Source of the DNA: Moniliella sp. 'wahieum'
Lineage: Eukaryota
Reading direction: 5' to 3'
Length of the DNA stretch: 64,000 bases
NCBI GenBank assembly: GCA_003971905.1
Contig: RSEE01000019.1
Span: forward strand, 310,001 to 374,000
A program made the translations under genes and the position numbers. How positions within the stretch are numbered: position 1 is the stretch's first letter; every line of letters starts with the position of its first letter. Below, one piece after another: positions 26,555 to 40,441 of the stretch. Under the pieces are notes generated by a model. The model was given only the letters and a program-made list of their open reading frames with translations, had not been told where the DNA came from and made no database searches.

Positions 26555-28324
26555 ATGGGCGACCTCTACACCGAGCTCACCCAGTCGGCCTCGACCGACA
26601 TCGGCGTGCTGCCTGTGTCCGTCTACGATGTTGCTCTGCCGGCCTGGGCCGCCTGGGTGCGCTCCCACCTCCTCGCCCGTCTGGCGGGCGAAAGTGCATG
26701 GCTTGCCGCCCACCAGCGTTCCATGCGCGCGCGCCTTGGCCGCAAGGGCGACATCTTCTTTGTCTACACCTCCCTCCTCGGCACCCACAGTTTCTTCCTC
26801 CTTTTCCTCCCGCTCACCTTCTGGCTCGGCGCGCCTTACAACGGCCGCGGCCTGGTGGCTGTCACCGCGCTTGGGTGCTGGCTTGCGTCCTGGGTCAAAG
26901 ACTGCCTCTGTCTCCCACGCCCCTACGCCCCGCCTGTTCGCCGTCTTGCTCTCGGCACCCATCACCACGAGTATGGTTTCCCCTCCACCCACACTGCCAA
27001 TTGTGTGGCCATGGCCTTGTACGGCTGGTTCCTCCTTCGTGATCGCATCCACGCCGCCTTGCAGCCCGACTCTGCCCTCCCCATTGTCCCTGCGTTTATC
27101 CAGCCTGTGCTTGGAGTTGCGCTTTTGCTGTACTCCTTGAGCGTCAGCTACGGCCGTCTGTACGCTGGAATGCACAGCTTGATGGATGTGATCGGTGGAG
27201 CAGTGGTGGCTGTGTTGGTGGTTGTGCTGCAGCGGGTTGGCCAGCCCTGGCTCGAGACGCAGCTGCTGAACCCCTCCTTGGCTATTCCCATTCTCCTCAA
27301 CGGGCTTACCCTCTTGCTCGTCTCGCTACATCCCCAGCCGGTGGATGATTGTCCCTGCTTTGAAGATGCAGTCGCTTTTATGGCCGTTCTGGCAGGGGTC
27401 AACACAGGACGATGGTTTGGCCTTCGCGCGGGCTGGCTTGCCTTGAATGACGATCCGCTTCTGATGCGCAGCAAGATGGATCTCTTTGAGCCGCGTACCA
27501 ATTCTCGTCTTACGTGGGGGGATAGTATGGTGGCACGCATAATTGAACACGCTCTTGATCTGCCGCGTCACTTGTTCAACCCCCTTTTGGGTGTCTCTTC
27601 TCAAATTGGAGAGCCTTGGGCCGAACGAGCGTATACGCTGGTCCCCATCCTCATCTTCCTGTTGGGTACCCTACACCTGTTGGTGGTACGTCTGGTCGTC
27701 AAATCCCTTGCCCGAGCGATCCTGCCTCCACTCTTCCACCGCGCTCAGAAAGCTACCCATGGTCTCATCGTCTTGCACCGCCGTTACTACGTCCCGGCGC
27801 GCGAGTACGGAGGTATGGTGCCCCCCCAACCCCTGAGCCCTACCCCGTCGATTATGATGGACGAATTCGAATGGCGTGCGCCGACACCGGTCCCTCCCAC
27901 CAGTCCTCCTATGGACTCAGTTGCGCCTTCTCCCACCCCATCTCCCCCATGCTTCTCTCTCTCTCCCCTCGCGCCCAAGGGCACGACTGAGGCCCAGGCC
28001 GAAGGCGCTGAGGGCTTGCGCAAACGACACCCCAGTCCCCCTGCAGTACTGCGGGGTGCGAGCGACAACGCGGGTGCCGAACCTGTGCTCGAACCCAAGC
28101 TCGACTCGGAACAACCTACTGTGCCACACTACGATGTCGATGGTACGTATCTATCCATCACAGCTTCCTGCTTCCTGCTTGATGGCACAATTGGAGACTG
28201 ATACTGACTTGTCGGGAATGGACTAGTGTTGATCAAGTACCTTACCTATGTCTCCATTGGCTTTCATGCCGCCTTGGTGGTTCCCGTGCTTTCTCAGCGC
28301 TTTGGATGGCTACCACTGCCCTAG
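26555..28324 (+). CDS. LCB3: Sphingoid long-chain-base phosphate phosphatase (PAP2 family); intron 28143-28226
   Basis: PAP2 motifs KDCLCLPRP, EYGFPSTH and GRLYAGMHSLMD; HPQPVDDCPCFED; several TM segments; spliced end HYDVDVLIKYLTYVSIG...WLPLP*. Confidence 0.9.
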
Positions 28325-29859
28325 CGGGCATCGCCTCGGACACTAGCTACTGGACACTCATGCATACTGCTGTCATCGATCATCGTGTGGGTGTGGGGAC
28401 GCGCTCGGTAGTGTTTGTAGGAGCGATAGTAGACGGGCAGCGCTCCTGGCCTCTGACTTCTGGCTTCTGCTACTGCTATTAGCGCTGGAGGCTCCGCGGG
28501 ATTCAACTGGCTTCTGTGGCTTGCCGGCCATGGGTCTGTGGAAGAATCGGGCTGCCAGAGGGCAATGCACGCTGCAGTAGAACGATCGATGGGTGACCGG
28601 TGAGGCCGAGTAGCGGTGGATCACCGGTGATCGCGCAGAGCCGAAACCGCAGTTGTCCATCTAAACTGCGAGGACAGGCTACGCTTTCCTCGCTTATTAG
28701 GGCGAGATTGCACCTGTGCATGGCGGATGCTGCCACTTACGCCTTACGGGTGACGGTGGGTGTTCGAGCCCATCCTCCCGCCTTGTCTCCCTTGCCTGGG
28801 TTAGGGCTACGTCAAGAGTAGGCTGTCGTGTCTGAACGTTGAGCAAACCCATGCGCTCCGTTGGGCCCAAACGAAGCACATATGTTCCAACTAGGAGACC
28901 AAGTCCTCTGATACGGCTGAGGAGATCCGTGCGTGGGTTTATGCATGGGCCCCTGACTTTTCCTACTTCAATTATTTGGTCTTTGACCTCGAACGCAAGT
29001 GTGCTCTAAGTTGAGCTGCCGGGGATCTGGACGTCAGTTTCTTGATCTGTTGAGCGTCTCGCTCTTGTATAGTGAGATTATCTCCTCGCGCCTTTTTTTT
29101 TCATTTCTCTGTGGCTGAGAACCGAGAACCTGCCCTTTATGTTGGGCTTTTCTAACATTTCCTTACTTAGTTTGTGCTCCTTTCTCCTGTTTTCGTTGTG
29201 CGGTCTATTCCTTATAGATCCTGCCTGTATGACCCCTGATACATGTTCCTTTCCCCTAGCGGGTCATTTCTCGTCTTCTTGTCCACGTCCTAATCATCCC
29301 TTCCGTTCTCGTTTTTCGTCCTTGTACAGCATCCCTTGTGCTCGGGGGCCGATGGTAACAGGCGCAGTCCGAAACATGGGGAGGTACTCAAGAATCTGCA
29401 TGAGAAGGGGAGGGAGAACAATAAGACACAAATGAGATGCAAGTATGGAAGTAAAGGAAGACAGGTAGGTGCCGGCAGCCAGATGGCCAGTACTGGGAGG
29501 GCTCATAATTCGCAAGCTGAGCTCTGGCCTCAGGGAAGGGTGCGATGCGCCGTTCATCAAGCAGTCCATGAGCGGCTATGGTGAATCCAATCTTTAGGAC
29601 GAGCCAATCAAACAGGCGATCGGGGAAGAAGATTCTAGTTGGACGTCCAACGTTCAACGACGAACATGGATGTTGGCATTGAGGAGGAGTAAGTCAAGAT
29701 GAAATGTAGAGCTGAGATGAGGGAAAGGGTAACTGAGTACTGACTGACTCCTACAGCAGCTTGATTTCGGCTGCTACAATCCCCCACCCTACAAAACTCA
29801 AGGGGCGGAACGTCGAGCGCTGACCCCAGCCAGCAATGGCGGTTCTAGGCTCGGTTGCC

Positions 29860-32800
29860 CTAGGCTCCCTTGATGACAAACCGACCAGGTAATAGAGCTG
29901 GCCACAGAACTTGAAACGCTGCCAAGCCTGCAACCGACCAGAGCAACACGCCCATGTACGTTAACTGCACCTTCGTCCCACCAACGTTGATGATGCAGAC
30001 CGCGAGGGCAATGTTGAGGATCAGCCAGGCGAGGAGCACGTTGGTTCGGACAGCGGCATAGTAGTCCTTTTGCCGAGCCTCGTGATCGACCTTGGGCGTC
30101 TCGGGGGCGGCTGCGAATGCAAGACGGTACAAGCGTCGTCGTACAATTCGTCAAGGTCCTTGGGATCTGTTGGAACGGCCACTTCCACTGTGCCTCCGGC
30201 ACCGCCCTTGACCACACCCAAGTCGGTTGCAACAGAGTCGGAGCCCTTGGTGCCCCAACTGAAAGAGAAACATGATGTTAGAGCGGGCACACAGAAAAGA
30301 GAGGGTAAGGAAGAGACAGGTAACGCACCTCACATCGAGTGTTGGAGAAAGCATACACGTTGATCACGTTGATCATCGACGGCGCCATAAGGACATACTG
30401 AACCAACGAGGTGAACATATGGAACGGGTCAAGCCACAGCAGGCTGGCCAAGAGCCAAATACCGTAAGTAGATGAGAAGGAAACGACCACGTCAATAAAC
30501 ACCATGCTGGACCCTAACGACTTGTGCTCCTTATTCAGCTTGACAATGCTCAGAATGGCCAACGCAATGGCAGCAGCTGTCATGTAGGCAGTTAGAACCG
30601 CAAAGACAATCATAGCGCCCATGTAGGCCCACTTATTGCCCGCCGGCCGGTTACCAAGGGACAAGATGAAGCAGAACAGGAGCACGGCGAGGTACACGTA
30701 GGTGAGGATGATGTTGGGTACCTTTAGTCCATGCACCTCCTCGCTCACCGCCCGCGTGAGGATCCAGAAGGCAATGAAAAAATTGGAGAGGGAGAAGAAA
30801 GAGAAGAAGAGCGTAATGGCCTGGTAAATCATCTCAATGTGGAGGAAGAACTTGCGCCAGAAAGAGTGGGCCGAGCGATAGATGTAGTAAAATTTGACGA
30901 TCGAGTGAAGACTGGCGAGAAGAAGGAACCGTTGAGCCAGCGACGCCGGGCCAATCAGTTCCGCGACGCTGTCAGGCACATCTGTCACGCCCTGTGCAGT
31001 CTTGACATAGTGCAGGATCCATTGTGAGCCCCGTTTGGCGACTAGTTCCCAACACAAGTACGATCCTCCGCCAAGTACATGTTGCTTGTGAAAATGTCGG
31101 CATCGGCGTCGCCCCCATGCAATGTTTCGCCCTTGAAGTACTCCTTCAGCGGGCCCGCACCTGTCTCGTCGTTTTGCAGGGCCACATACCGATAGGCGGA
31201 AAAGGCGCCCGGAAGGACTGTGATGTACCCGAAAGCAGATTCGAGCGGCTTATCCAGGATGTTGCTCATCTTGTACTCTGGTTGTGAAGAGTCGTTAGAA
31301 TGGTGCAAACGTGAAGAGGAATGACCGACGTACCAAAGTTCTGAGTTCCTACCAGGGATTGAGCAAAGCACTCCAATATTTGCCCTTGAGAGCAACAATC
31401 TCTCCGCAAGCCCCCCCACATTCTTGTTCACATCGAACGCTTTCCAAAGGTGATAGATGGAACGGCTGCGAGGCATAGTTCCCACATCAATCAAGATGCA
31501 TACACTGGGCTCAAGCACGCGGCCGAATGCGTTGAAGAACCAGCGATGTGAATTGATCTTCTTCTGGTTGCGCTCCTTGAGGCAGAAGATGATCTGGACG
31601 GGGACGATTTTGTCCTCGGAGGTCCTAAAGCGAAGCTTCTCATCAATCGAAACCTGGGTGGTGTACTCGTAAATATGAGCAGTGACAGGCTTGCCGTTGA
31701 CCACGTTCTTGGCTACGCCTTCTTGGTACACCCCCATGGCAGCCAAGACAGCGAGGGTGCGCGAATTGATTTTCTTTCGGCCATCGCTGACAATGCAGAC
31801 CACCACCTTCTTCCATCCGGCCGGACCCCAGGTCTTAGAATTCTTACGGCTGCATAGATGCGCAATGTTCTCCATCACGTGGTGCATGGTGCGCGTAAAG
31901 AGCACTCGTCCTCGTTGTACATGGTGAGGCAGATGAACAGCTCTGTCTTACGGGCAGGCTCGTATAGCGATTGGCGCAATTCGTACAACTCATTGGAAAA
32001 GTTGTCCGGCTCGCAGGTGGCGGCTGTATAGCGCATGCGAGTAAACTCTGCTGCCTTATCATCGGCACACTTGGCCAGAAGCTTGGGGGCACGCGGCAGT
32101 CAAGAACTAGATTCCCTGGAACAAATCGACCTTGCGCATCGTCTTGTACCGCCGCGGCACCCTTTGCGGAATGCGGCCATAGCGGATGCCGCCGGTCTCC
32201 TCTCCCTCTTCCATAGCCACCGGGTTGTACGCGCCAGGTACTTGGGGGACTTCCTCTTCCTCTTCCTCCTCTTCCTCCTCTTCTTCCTCAGAAGGGTTGA
32301 AGCACGCCCGCCCATGGGGTACTGGTGATACTGGTCATCATAGGTTGATTCAGGCTCTGGCGGTCGGCTAGTGTATGAAGGTCATCGTCACCATAAGGCT
32401 TGGAATACGCCTCATCACCGCCGTAATCGTACTGGAGCGGGTCGTGGATAGACTTGGCGAGGGGGCATAGGAGAGGTGCCGATTGCAGGCTGGGTGGCCG
32501 GAGGAGCAGTATTATCGTAAGCATGGTTTGGTACTGAGCTGCGTCGTACGGCTGGCAAAAGGGTCGTCGTAGCTGTAGCTGGACACGGGCCTGGGGGGTC
32601 AGCGTCATAGGGATTATTCAGTTGAACAGGGGGGGAGTATGGGGCGACGGGAGCGACGGGAGCTGTTGGGGCTGGTGCGGGGGGCTGTGGAGTGGCCGGG
32701 GCCGGGAGGGGGGTGTAGGGGGGCTGGTAGGGGGCATAGGCCGCTGGGGTGGGAGCCGGCGGGACAGGGGTGGGAGCCCAGGAAATGCCGGCCGGTGGCG

Positions 32801-33004
32801 GCGGCGGAGCGTAGGCATGGAGGATGCCGAGTGGCTGGCTCGATGCGGCCGGCGGAGGAGGCGGTGCCAGCGGTGCTGGCGCCGGAGCCGGTGGGGGCAG
32901 GGGGCCGGGCAGCGTGTAGGATGCGGGTTCTGGCTCCGCCCCGGGCGCATCGGCGAGCGGGGGGGTGGGCAAGCGCGGAGGCCCTGTGCGCCGTAGTGGG
33001 ACAT
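29860..33004 (-). CDS. Chitin synthase, division 1 (class I/II-like), with Pro-rich N-terminus; introns ~30260-30328 and ~31279-31331; frameshifts; 3' end approximate
   Basis: [80 protein letters not shown] region (frameshifted), SWGTKG; ATG of MSHYGAQG at 33004. Confidence 0.93.
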
Positions 33005-34975
33005 GGGAGGGGATGGGGGGGATGGTGGTGGTGGTGGTGGTGGTAGTGGCGGGGGCGCCGGTGCCGGAGCCGGTGCGCAGAGAGAAGGGCGATGGAGATC
33101 TGGATGCAGGATACCGGATACGACGCGCAGCCAGGAGGCATCCAAGGCACCCGGGCGCACCGCACGGGAGCGCACCGCCCCCACCGAAGCCGCTGCTTCT
33201 CCGCAGCCAAGGCGAGTGCAGCGCCGTGCCGGCTGCGGCGGCCGTGCGCATGCATGCAGCATGGCGCCAGTGCTCCCGTGGTTGGCTGCTCCAGGTGGAG
33301 CAGCCGGAGAGAGGGGGAGACGCTGCGAGGCGCCCCGCCTTGCCCCGCCGGCCGTCGCTTCCAAATTCAAATTTCAGTCGGGCGGTCCGGCGCGGCGACA
33401 TGCCGTAATGGCAGCGCCTGCCTCGAATGCGGTGGCGGCGCACAGACCAGCACGGCTTCCGCCATGCTGCTGTCCACCGGCTGCCTGTCGCTATCGGTTG
33501 CGATGCCACACATGTGCTGCCGAAGGTGAAGAAGGCATACCTTGGTCAGCGCTGAGGCTCAGTCCCACTCCCCAACCTCCCACTCTCTGCTTCTGCACAC
33601 ACCCAATTCGCTTCAAATTCCCTCATTCTATGGTTTCGCGAGGTATTTTTGGCAAATGCAACGACCGCCAGGCCATCACGGATGCTGCCGATTCGCACAC
33701 TCGTGATGAGAGCGCCAAATCAATATTGGGCAGCCGGCTTTTGCCTGGCAGGTACAACTGCGATACCTGACGGATATTGCCGAAGAACAGCCAGTTCTCC
33801 TCCTCCACATGGTCCCGAACGTAGGTGTTGCAGAGGGCGTGGCTGCATCGCCAGCAGCCAGGCATTGTCGGCCAAAGCTCGACGGTTCCTCTGGCCACCC
33901 ACAACTCTCTCTCGGCATTACTTATGCTAGTATAGGCCTCTTTCGCCACAGCTTCTGTCGGGATCAGACCCACCTGGTCACCGATGGTTACCAGATTGAC
34001 TGAACCCTGTTTTGTTCTAGACCCTGTTTCCCCTTTTGGTCTATGCTCCCCTTTTGTTTTCTCCGTGTGACTCAGCTCACCTGTTCTCCTCTTCTCCGAG
34101 GTATATATACCTCGCTCCTATGCCACTCGATGAATATGATCTCTATCCTTTCCTCCATCTCCATCTCCTGATAGCTTCAATTACATTGGTCTCGCTGACG
34201 GTAGTCTACCTGGGTCAGAGAGGATAACATGACATTTCCCGAGTAACAAAGCCACAGGGTGTGCTCCAAAACCGCCGGCAAAAAAGCTGTAACCCACAGA
34301 GGAGACACCATGAATACTAGTCCCCGATGATAATCTTCTTCAGCCATAGAGCCCGACGGAAGATGCTTCGTCTCTGCAGAGCATCTCGCCTGTGGACACA
34401 GTATGCCACTCGCCAGCTCCAGGCCCAAACATTATGTCCTGCCCTTCCTTGACGTCCTGTTACCCAAGTGAAATCAGAGGTGCTTTTGCGCTGGGAAGTA
34501 TAGTTTGCCTATCAGACACACTACATGGCTAATCGAAATTTCTTGCGCACAATCTTGCACAGCCTTGCCCACCTTGAATTTTGTACGTAGTCCTCACATA
34601 TCTATCCGGAACCTTGTTACCAGCATTTTCGATTAGCTATGTACCTGTTTTACTATCTCTATAAGATACCCATACCCCTGCGCACCTCCCATCATTTCTC
34701 GGAATCGCAAGAATAAAGCAAGAGGGAGATGTTTGGATCCTACACCCCCGAGATTGATTCTATCCAGAGGAGACGCATCTCCCTGTCCTGCGCCCGAATC
34801 GACCACAGAATCTATCATCACTGCAATCCTAGTAGTATACAAAAAAGAGAGTGAAACATAGTGCCTCACGGTCCTGTCCATGTATATCATCGAAGAAACA
34901 CTACAAAATGCCTTAATGACCTCGGTTGAACTTTGAACGTTGAACGTTGATCCTTGTATCTCCTACCCCAGATGG

Positions 34976-36027
34976 TGTTGTCATGGAGGGGGTCCCGAGG
35001 TGGGACCCCCCCGGTAGTTTAGGGGTATAAACCTTTGGGCAGGTCAATCAGTGTCTCGTACGTTAGGTCCTGCTCCAGATCCTGGTTGAACCGAGCGGGT
35101 GTAGAGGCGAGGAAGAGACCCTCTAGTTTGGGTGGCTGCCTGCGTGCAAAGGCCGCAGTCCAGACCCTCCGAGGTAGAAGCCGCGTACGTAGGTCGTTAG
35201 ACCAGCTGAAGGGGCCTAGGAGCTCCGAAGTTACTCTGTACCTCGCAGCGTTACCACACTGGGTACACTGTATAGTAGGCGGGAACAGACAGAGTCCTAA
35301 AGCAGAGCAAGCCCTACTGATGAGAGTAACCGCATCTGTGGTGTACTTGACGTATGTCGTAACTTCGTAAGCGAAAGGGTGGTATAAGGTGGAAGGGCGA
35401 GAGAGGAACTGGTAGTCGGGGAGACCAAAGACAGGTGACAGGATGGTCGACAAGGACCGCAGCGAGCAAGCCTGAAACATGGCTGCTATAAACAGCAGAA
35501 AGGAACCAGGTCTCAGGTTCCTCATGATGCATGACAGGTATAGACAGAATGCAGGGCACTTTCCAGAGGGTAAAGACTAATACCCAACCCTTGCTCTCCA
35601 AGACGCTCACGCTGCGTATTCGGGCCCTGATGCTGCGTGGTCGGGCGCAGCAGGAAGGGTTCTGCCAAGACTGGACGCAATGGACACAAAACAACGTACC
35701 GCTCGATGAGCCCATGCCACCACGGCGGGCCGCGGATCAGTGATATCCGCAGCATAATGGATAAGGTGTCGTCTGTCTCTCTCTCGCTAGTCTAACAGGA
35801 CTATGGTACCCAAAACCTCTTTGAACCCCTCTATAACCGTAATAAGATACATGAGAGACAAACCGTGGGTATATACTATGAGAAGACACCAAAAAAGGCT
35901 ATACGAAAAAGACATTGGCCATCTACTTTGATATAGCCCAACGCGAACTGCACAGCAAATGCGCGATGAGGGATATAGGCGAAGCGCTTTTCCCATACCT
36001 CTCGCGTTTACTATAATGCTCGCCACA
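34976..36027. mobile_element. Degenerate, TpA-rich transposon/LTR-like relic (tentative)
   Basis: About 1 kb bounded by TGT...ACA, with a GGGGGTCCC/GGGACCCCC inverted repeat near the left end, stop-riddled frames and visibly frequent TA dinucleotides. No convincing target-site duplication (TSD) and no recognisable domain. Confidence 0.25.
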
Positions 36028-36273
36028 ATACTAAAAGATCAATGAAGAGGGGATCATCAGTGTATTATCATCATTAATACGCTCTTCTGGATAGTAAAAC
36101 GAAAGGGGAGGGGAACAAAAGGAGCCAGCATGTGCAAGCCCGTTCTGGTGTGGGAGCAACATCGCCAGAACAAAAAAATCGAAAGAACGTAAATGAGAGA
36201 CGTATAAGGACACCATCATCAGATACGAGAGTCCTGCGCTCGATCTCCCGAGAACCCAAAATGGGTGGGCCCT

Positions 36274-38228
36274 TTAGAGGTTCTTCCAAGCCTGGAAGAG
36301 GGGAGTACCCAGACCGGAGGCCGGGTCCCAGCCCTTCTTCGCAGGGAAGTAGAGAGTGTCGTCCTCGCCGCACCCACCAGTCTTGCCCGTGGTAAGGTCG
36401 GTCAGAGCCGAAGGGTTGCTGTACAGCTTGGAGTGGAACCAGCCCACGCGGCCCTTTCCGTTTTGCTCGCGGTAGTTGTTGAGCAGGGCAATGTGGGCGG
36501 CAACAATCGGAGCCGCAGCGCTGGTACCGCCGACGGTCGAGTCTTGCCCAGAGACGGTGATCTGAACGTTGAGGCCAAGGGCAGCCAAATCGGGGAAGGC
36601 GCGGCCCTTGGGGTTGAACTTGCCGCTATCCAGGTTGCCAATAGTGTTCAAGTACGCCTTGACTTGGCTCGCCTGGTACGAAGGAGCGTCAAAGATGTTG
36701 GAGAAACCAGCTCCACTGTGTTCATCCGTGTCAGAAGAAAACCATGGCATAGCGTCAAGAAGAAAATGGGAAATAATGGGAACGTACCTCCAGAAGCCGC
36801 TCTGGGTGCTTCCATCCACGGGCACCTCCGGGCTCGTGTTCTGGGTTGCACCAACCGAGAGGATGTAGGGGCAGCCAGACGGGAAGGTGGGGTTGAAGGA
36901 GGAGTCGCAGGTCTCACCCGACGAGGCCTGTATTCGTTCAAGAAGAATATAGGATGGGTCAATAACCGATCAGGTTGAGAGAATTGGTGCGGGGAATGTG
37001 GACGTTGGACTATCAAGGGAGGGAGAGGTTGAATAAAAGAACGAACCTGATTTGAGTTGACACCGTTGTCACCCGAGGCAAGCACAACCGTCGTACCACC
37101 AGCGGTCAACTTCTGGGCAGCCGTGCAGAGCGAGTGAGCGTCGCCGTTGGAGAAGTTGGACTCGTCGTCGCCGTACGAAATGGTGATCACACCGGGCTTG
37201 GTGCTAACAGTAAAAAAAGATAGGATAAAGTCAGTTTTATTCGAACAAATAACACAAGGAATAGGACAGAGAAAAATAGCAACACTCACCTCTGGCCAAG
37301 GACGTAATCAAAGCTGTCAACGAAGAAGTCGTCGTTGGAGGGTTTTCGCTCCCGTAAGAAAGGAATGTGGTGGCAAGCGGAGCGCTAATGCCGCTAACCA
37401 TCTCAACATCGAGCATTGACTCGGTACCCGGGTTGCTAGGGTCATTGGTTCCTCCACCCGCAGTCTCGATTTTGACCTTGTACGAGCCCTGGCTGGTTTG
37501 GGACTTCATAAACGAGGTGAGGTCGCTCTGCGAAACGTACTGGCCAATGTAGCCCATAACCAATGTGTCAACAGTCCCACTCTTGGGGGTGGGAGTGTAG
37601 CTATCCGAATTGTACTGGGACTTGATGCAGCTGATGGAGATCGCGTCGTCGTTGCAGCCACCGGCGCTTGCACTACGCTCGATCATCTTCTGGGTCTGAA
37701 CGGGGGCAGAGCGACGGACGTTGTTGAACGAAGTGAAGGGGTGAACGTTGACAACGGCATCTTGCAGTTCATCCGGGACAGTGTATTGACTGGTCCGCAA
37801 GATCTTGTTACCGTACCGGAGTGGGTAAAGTGGGACAGGCTGGCGTTCCAGGCCGCGTTGGCCTCCTTAGCCGAGTGGGTGACAGTGATCTTGTCGCCCC
37901 ACTTGTTGAGCTGCATCTTCTTCCCGCCAAACTTGGTTAGGTGAGCCTTGACGGACTGAATGTGGGCGTCCGAAGCACGAGTGTACCCCTGAAGTTCTTC
38001 ATCAGAAAGCCACTGGCCATCCGACTCGGCAATCTCAATCATCTTGGCGTCCAGCGCCGCCTGACCTGCAGCCGAGAGCTGGACCGAGTAGGTTACCTCA
38101 GTGGAGGGGTCGACTGGGGTACCCACCGAGTAAACATGGGGAATTTGCTTGGGAGCAACAAGGCGCGCCTGCGAGCCGGCCGCAGCCGCAATCACGAGTA
38201 GAGAAGTGAGGAGGTTCTTGCTGAACAT
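36274..38228 (-). CDS. Secreted S53 sedolisin / tripeptidyl-peptidase-like protease with prodomain; several introns and frameshifts
   Basis: Signal peptide MFSKNLLTSLLVIAAAAGSQA; catalytic ESMLD (Glu/Asp); VITISYG; ASGDNG (oxyanion Asp); GRAFPDLAA; GGTSAAAP (Ser); calcium site ...GWDPASGLGTP. Confidence 0.92.
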
Positions 38229-38292
38229 AAGGAAGTTGTCCAAGGCGGGAGGGGTGGGGATGGGATTCTGAATTGCTGGGGCCTGTGTGTGC

Positions 38293-38300
38293 TATTTATA
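38293..38300 (-). promoter_or_regulatory. Probable TATA box of the S53 protease gene
   Basis: TATAAATA on the minus strand ~65-70 bp upstream of the ATG at 38228, in otherwise GC-rich DNA. Confidence 0.55.
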
Positions 38301-40441
38301 CCCCTGCGACGGCCGTAATATTGATACCCATGTCATATGACCACCACTGCATCCATGAGGAGAATGTGATTATCATCTGCCCCCAACACCTCCTTTGTCG
38401 TTGTGGTCTGTGCACCTACTATCGCAACCACTGGTGATTACGCAGCGGGATGGGCAGGATTCAACGATGGCACAACCGATGGCTACCACGCGGATAGACG
38501 ACAATTAGATTTTGTCCGAGTGCACTTTGACACTAACCACCATATGATTGGGACGAAGAGAAGCGTGGGCGACGCGTAGCGCCGGAAGCAAAACACGAAT
38601 GCAAAACACAGCTATTAGGGCATGGGTGACATGAAGGTTAGTGGAGTCACTAGTCAGGCCTCAGGCTGTTGAGAGGCCCAAAACAAGGTTGCGAAAGCGC
38701 AGCCATGGCCATCGCGGTATGCAGTTCCATCCCCATCCTGCACCATATGGTGCATGCATACTACAGGATGACATGCTTGACATGATGACATTCTGAGAGG
38801 CTTTGGTGCCCGATATCGTGACGATCGATGCCGATGAACCCCATTAATGCGCGGCGTATGTATTTCACAGCGTTAAAAGCGTGTATAAACACGTTCAAGG
38901 TGAGATTGATCGATGATTGTGGGAAGCGAGACGGCGTATTGAGACGCGGTGACCGTATGAATGAGACGCGGTGCATGTGATGTATGTTGCAGATGGCAGG
39001 TCCTCGCTGCGGAACAACGCGGCGACTGCCAAACCACGGCTGTCCTGCCCAAGCGGAGAAGCACGGTGGGGTGTGGCGCTCGGGGGCCGAGCAGGCCGAG
39101 CTGGCGAGTTGATCACGTTGATCCTTGCCCGCACAAGGGCAGTGTCCTCCTCTGAGGGGTGAACGATGATCATGCGGTGAACCATGTGGCGCCTCTCAGG
39201 TGCTCATGTGCTGAAGCATCGTGTCATGTGGCCTCCAGTATACACTGTGCGATTCGCCCCCAGGCCCCATGTGCAACAACGCGCCAAGCCCTCTCCTTGG
39301 CTACCCGAGCATATGCTCTTGTCCTGTTTCTCCATATATCTCCTGCGCCCATCCCACACTCTATTACCCTTAGACGCCCCGCTGTTGCGTCACTCTCAAA
39401 CTTCGACATCTCATTGATCATCATCGAAATGAATATACTTCTACAATAAGGTTGGAATGGCCGAAGCATACGGAGAACTGAGAGGACGCATCCTTCGGAC
39501 TTCCAGCTATCAATAACTCGCTTCAAGCTCCAATAAGTCTCAGACTCTCTTGGAGATCATATTATAGGTCTCAACACGCTCAACCATCGTATCCATCGAT
39601 GAGAGCACAAATGTGGCGTTCACAGAGAGGTCTCCAACTCTCGCGGCCTAATCGATATCGATCACAATCCGGGGGTGTTGTGTGCCACCACACACACTTT
39701 CGCTAATAGATACACAGCCATTGGGAACTTAATGAACTGCGCACAACACAGTAACAGACAACTGTTACATGTTACAGCCTCACGGATGCTGTTTCAAGCT
39801 TCAAGCCTCAAGAGCTTCAAGCTTCAAGCTTCATGTAGCCGCGAGCTTCAACATGTGGCTGGCACATACCAGCGCACGCCCAGCACCTGTCCATATGCTA
39901 AAGAGCCCGCGGTGGAACAAAGGGGGCATATCACAGAGCTGTGCTGCTGCTGCGTGTGCCCATACCTAAGATCATGCCAGAGCTGAAGGCACCCTCCTTT
40001 TCATTTTCGCCTCGTTCACGACGTTCGCGGCGCGAACGCCGGTCAAGTCGCACGACCGAACCAAAGAGGGGTTAACCCGGTTAACCTTTAACACATTGTA
40101 CCAGACATAATTCACCCCTCTTGTTGGCGTTCTCTTTGTGTAGTGAGCATGTTGCATTTTGGTATTAAACATCGCGCTGACCCAGGGATGTCATGCATGT
40201 CATGTACCATCCCGACAAGCATGGTTGAGCCTCTGATGACCCGCATGGGTGCACCTCTCTATACAACGAGCACGGGATATTACGAGCAAGTCAATTGGAA
40301 ACTTGGATGTGTGGCTCCTTCGCTAGCGTATACAGGAAGCGGGAGAGATAGGGGTGAATGGTGGGACAGAGGGGGAATTCAATTGCTACCCCCGGGGAAG
40401 CGTGCACTCAGGATGCTGCAAGATGGTTTGTGGGCCAGAAG

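Noticed and set aside
34970..36032. Solo LTR with target-site duplication
   Set aside because: TG...CA ends can be picked, but the flanks (gatgg or ggtgt versus atact) do not match.
40070..40086. GGTTAAC-CCG-GTTAACC hairpin
   Set aside because: A short isolated palindrome with no supporting context.
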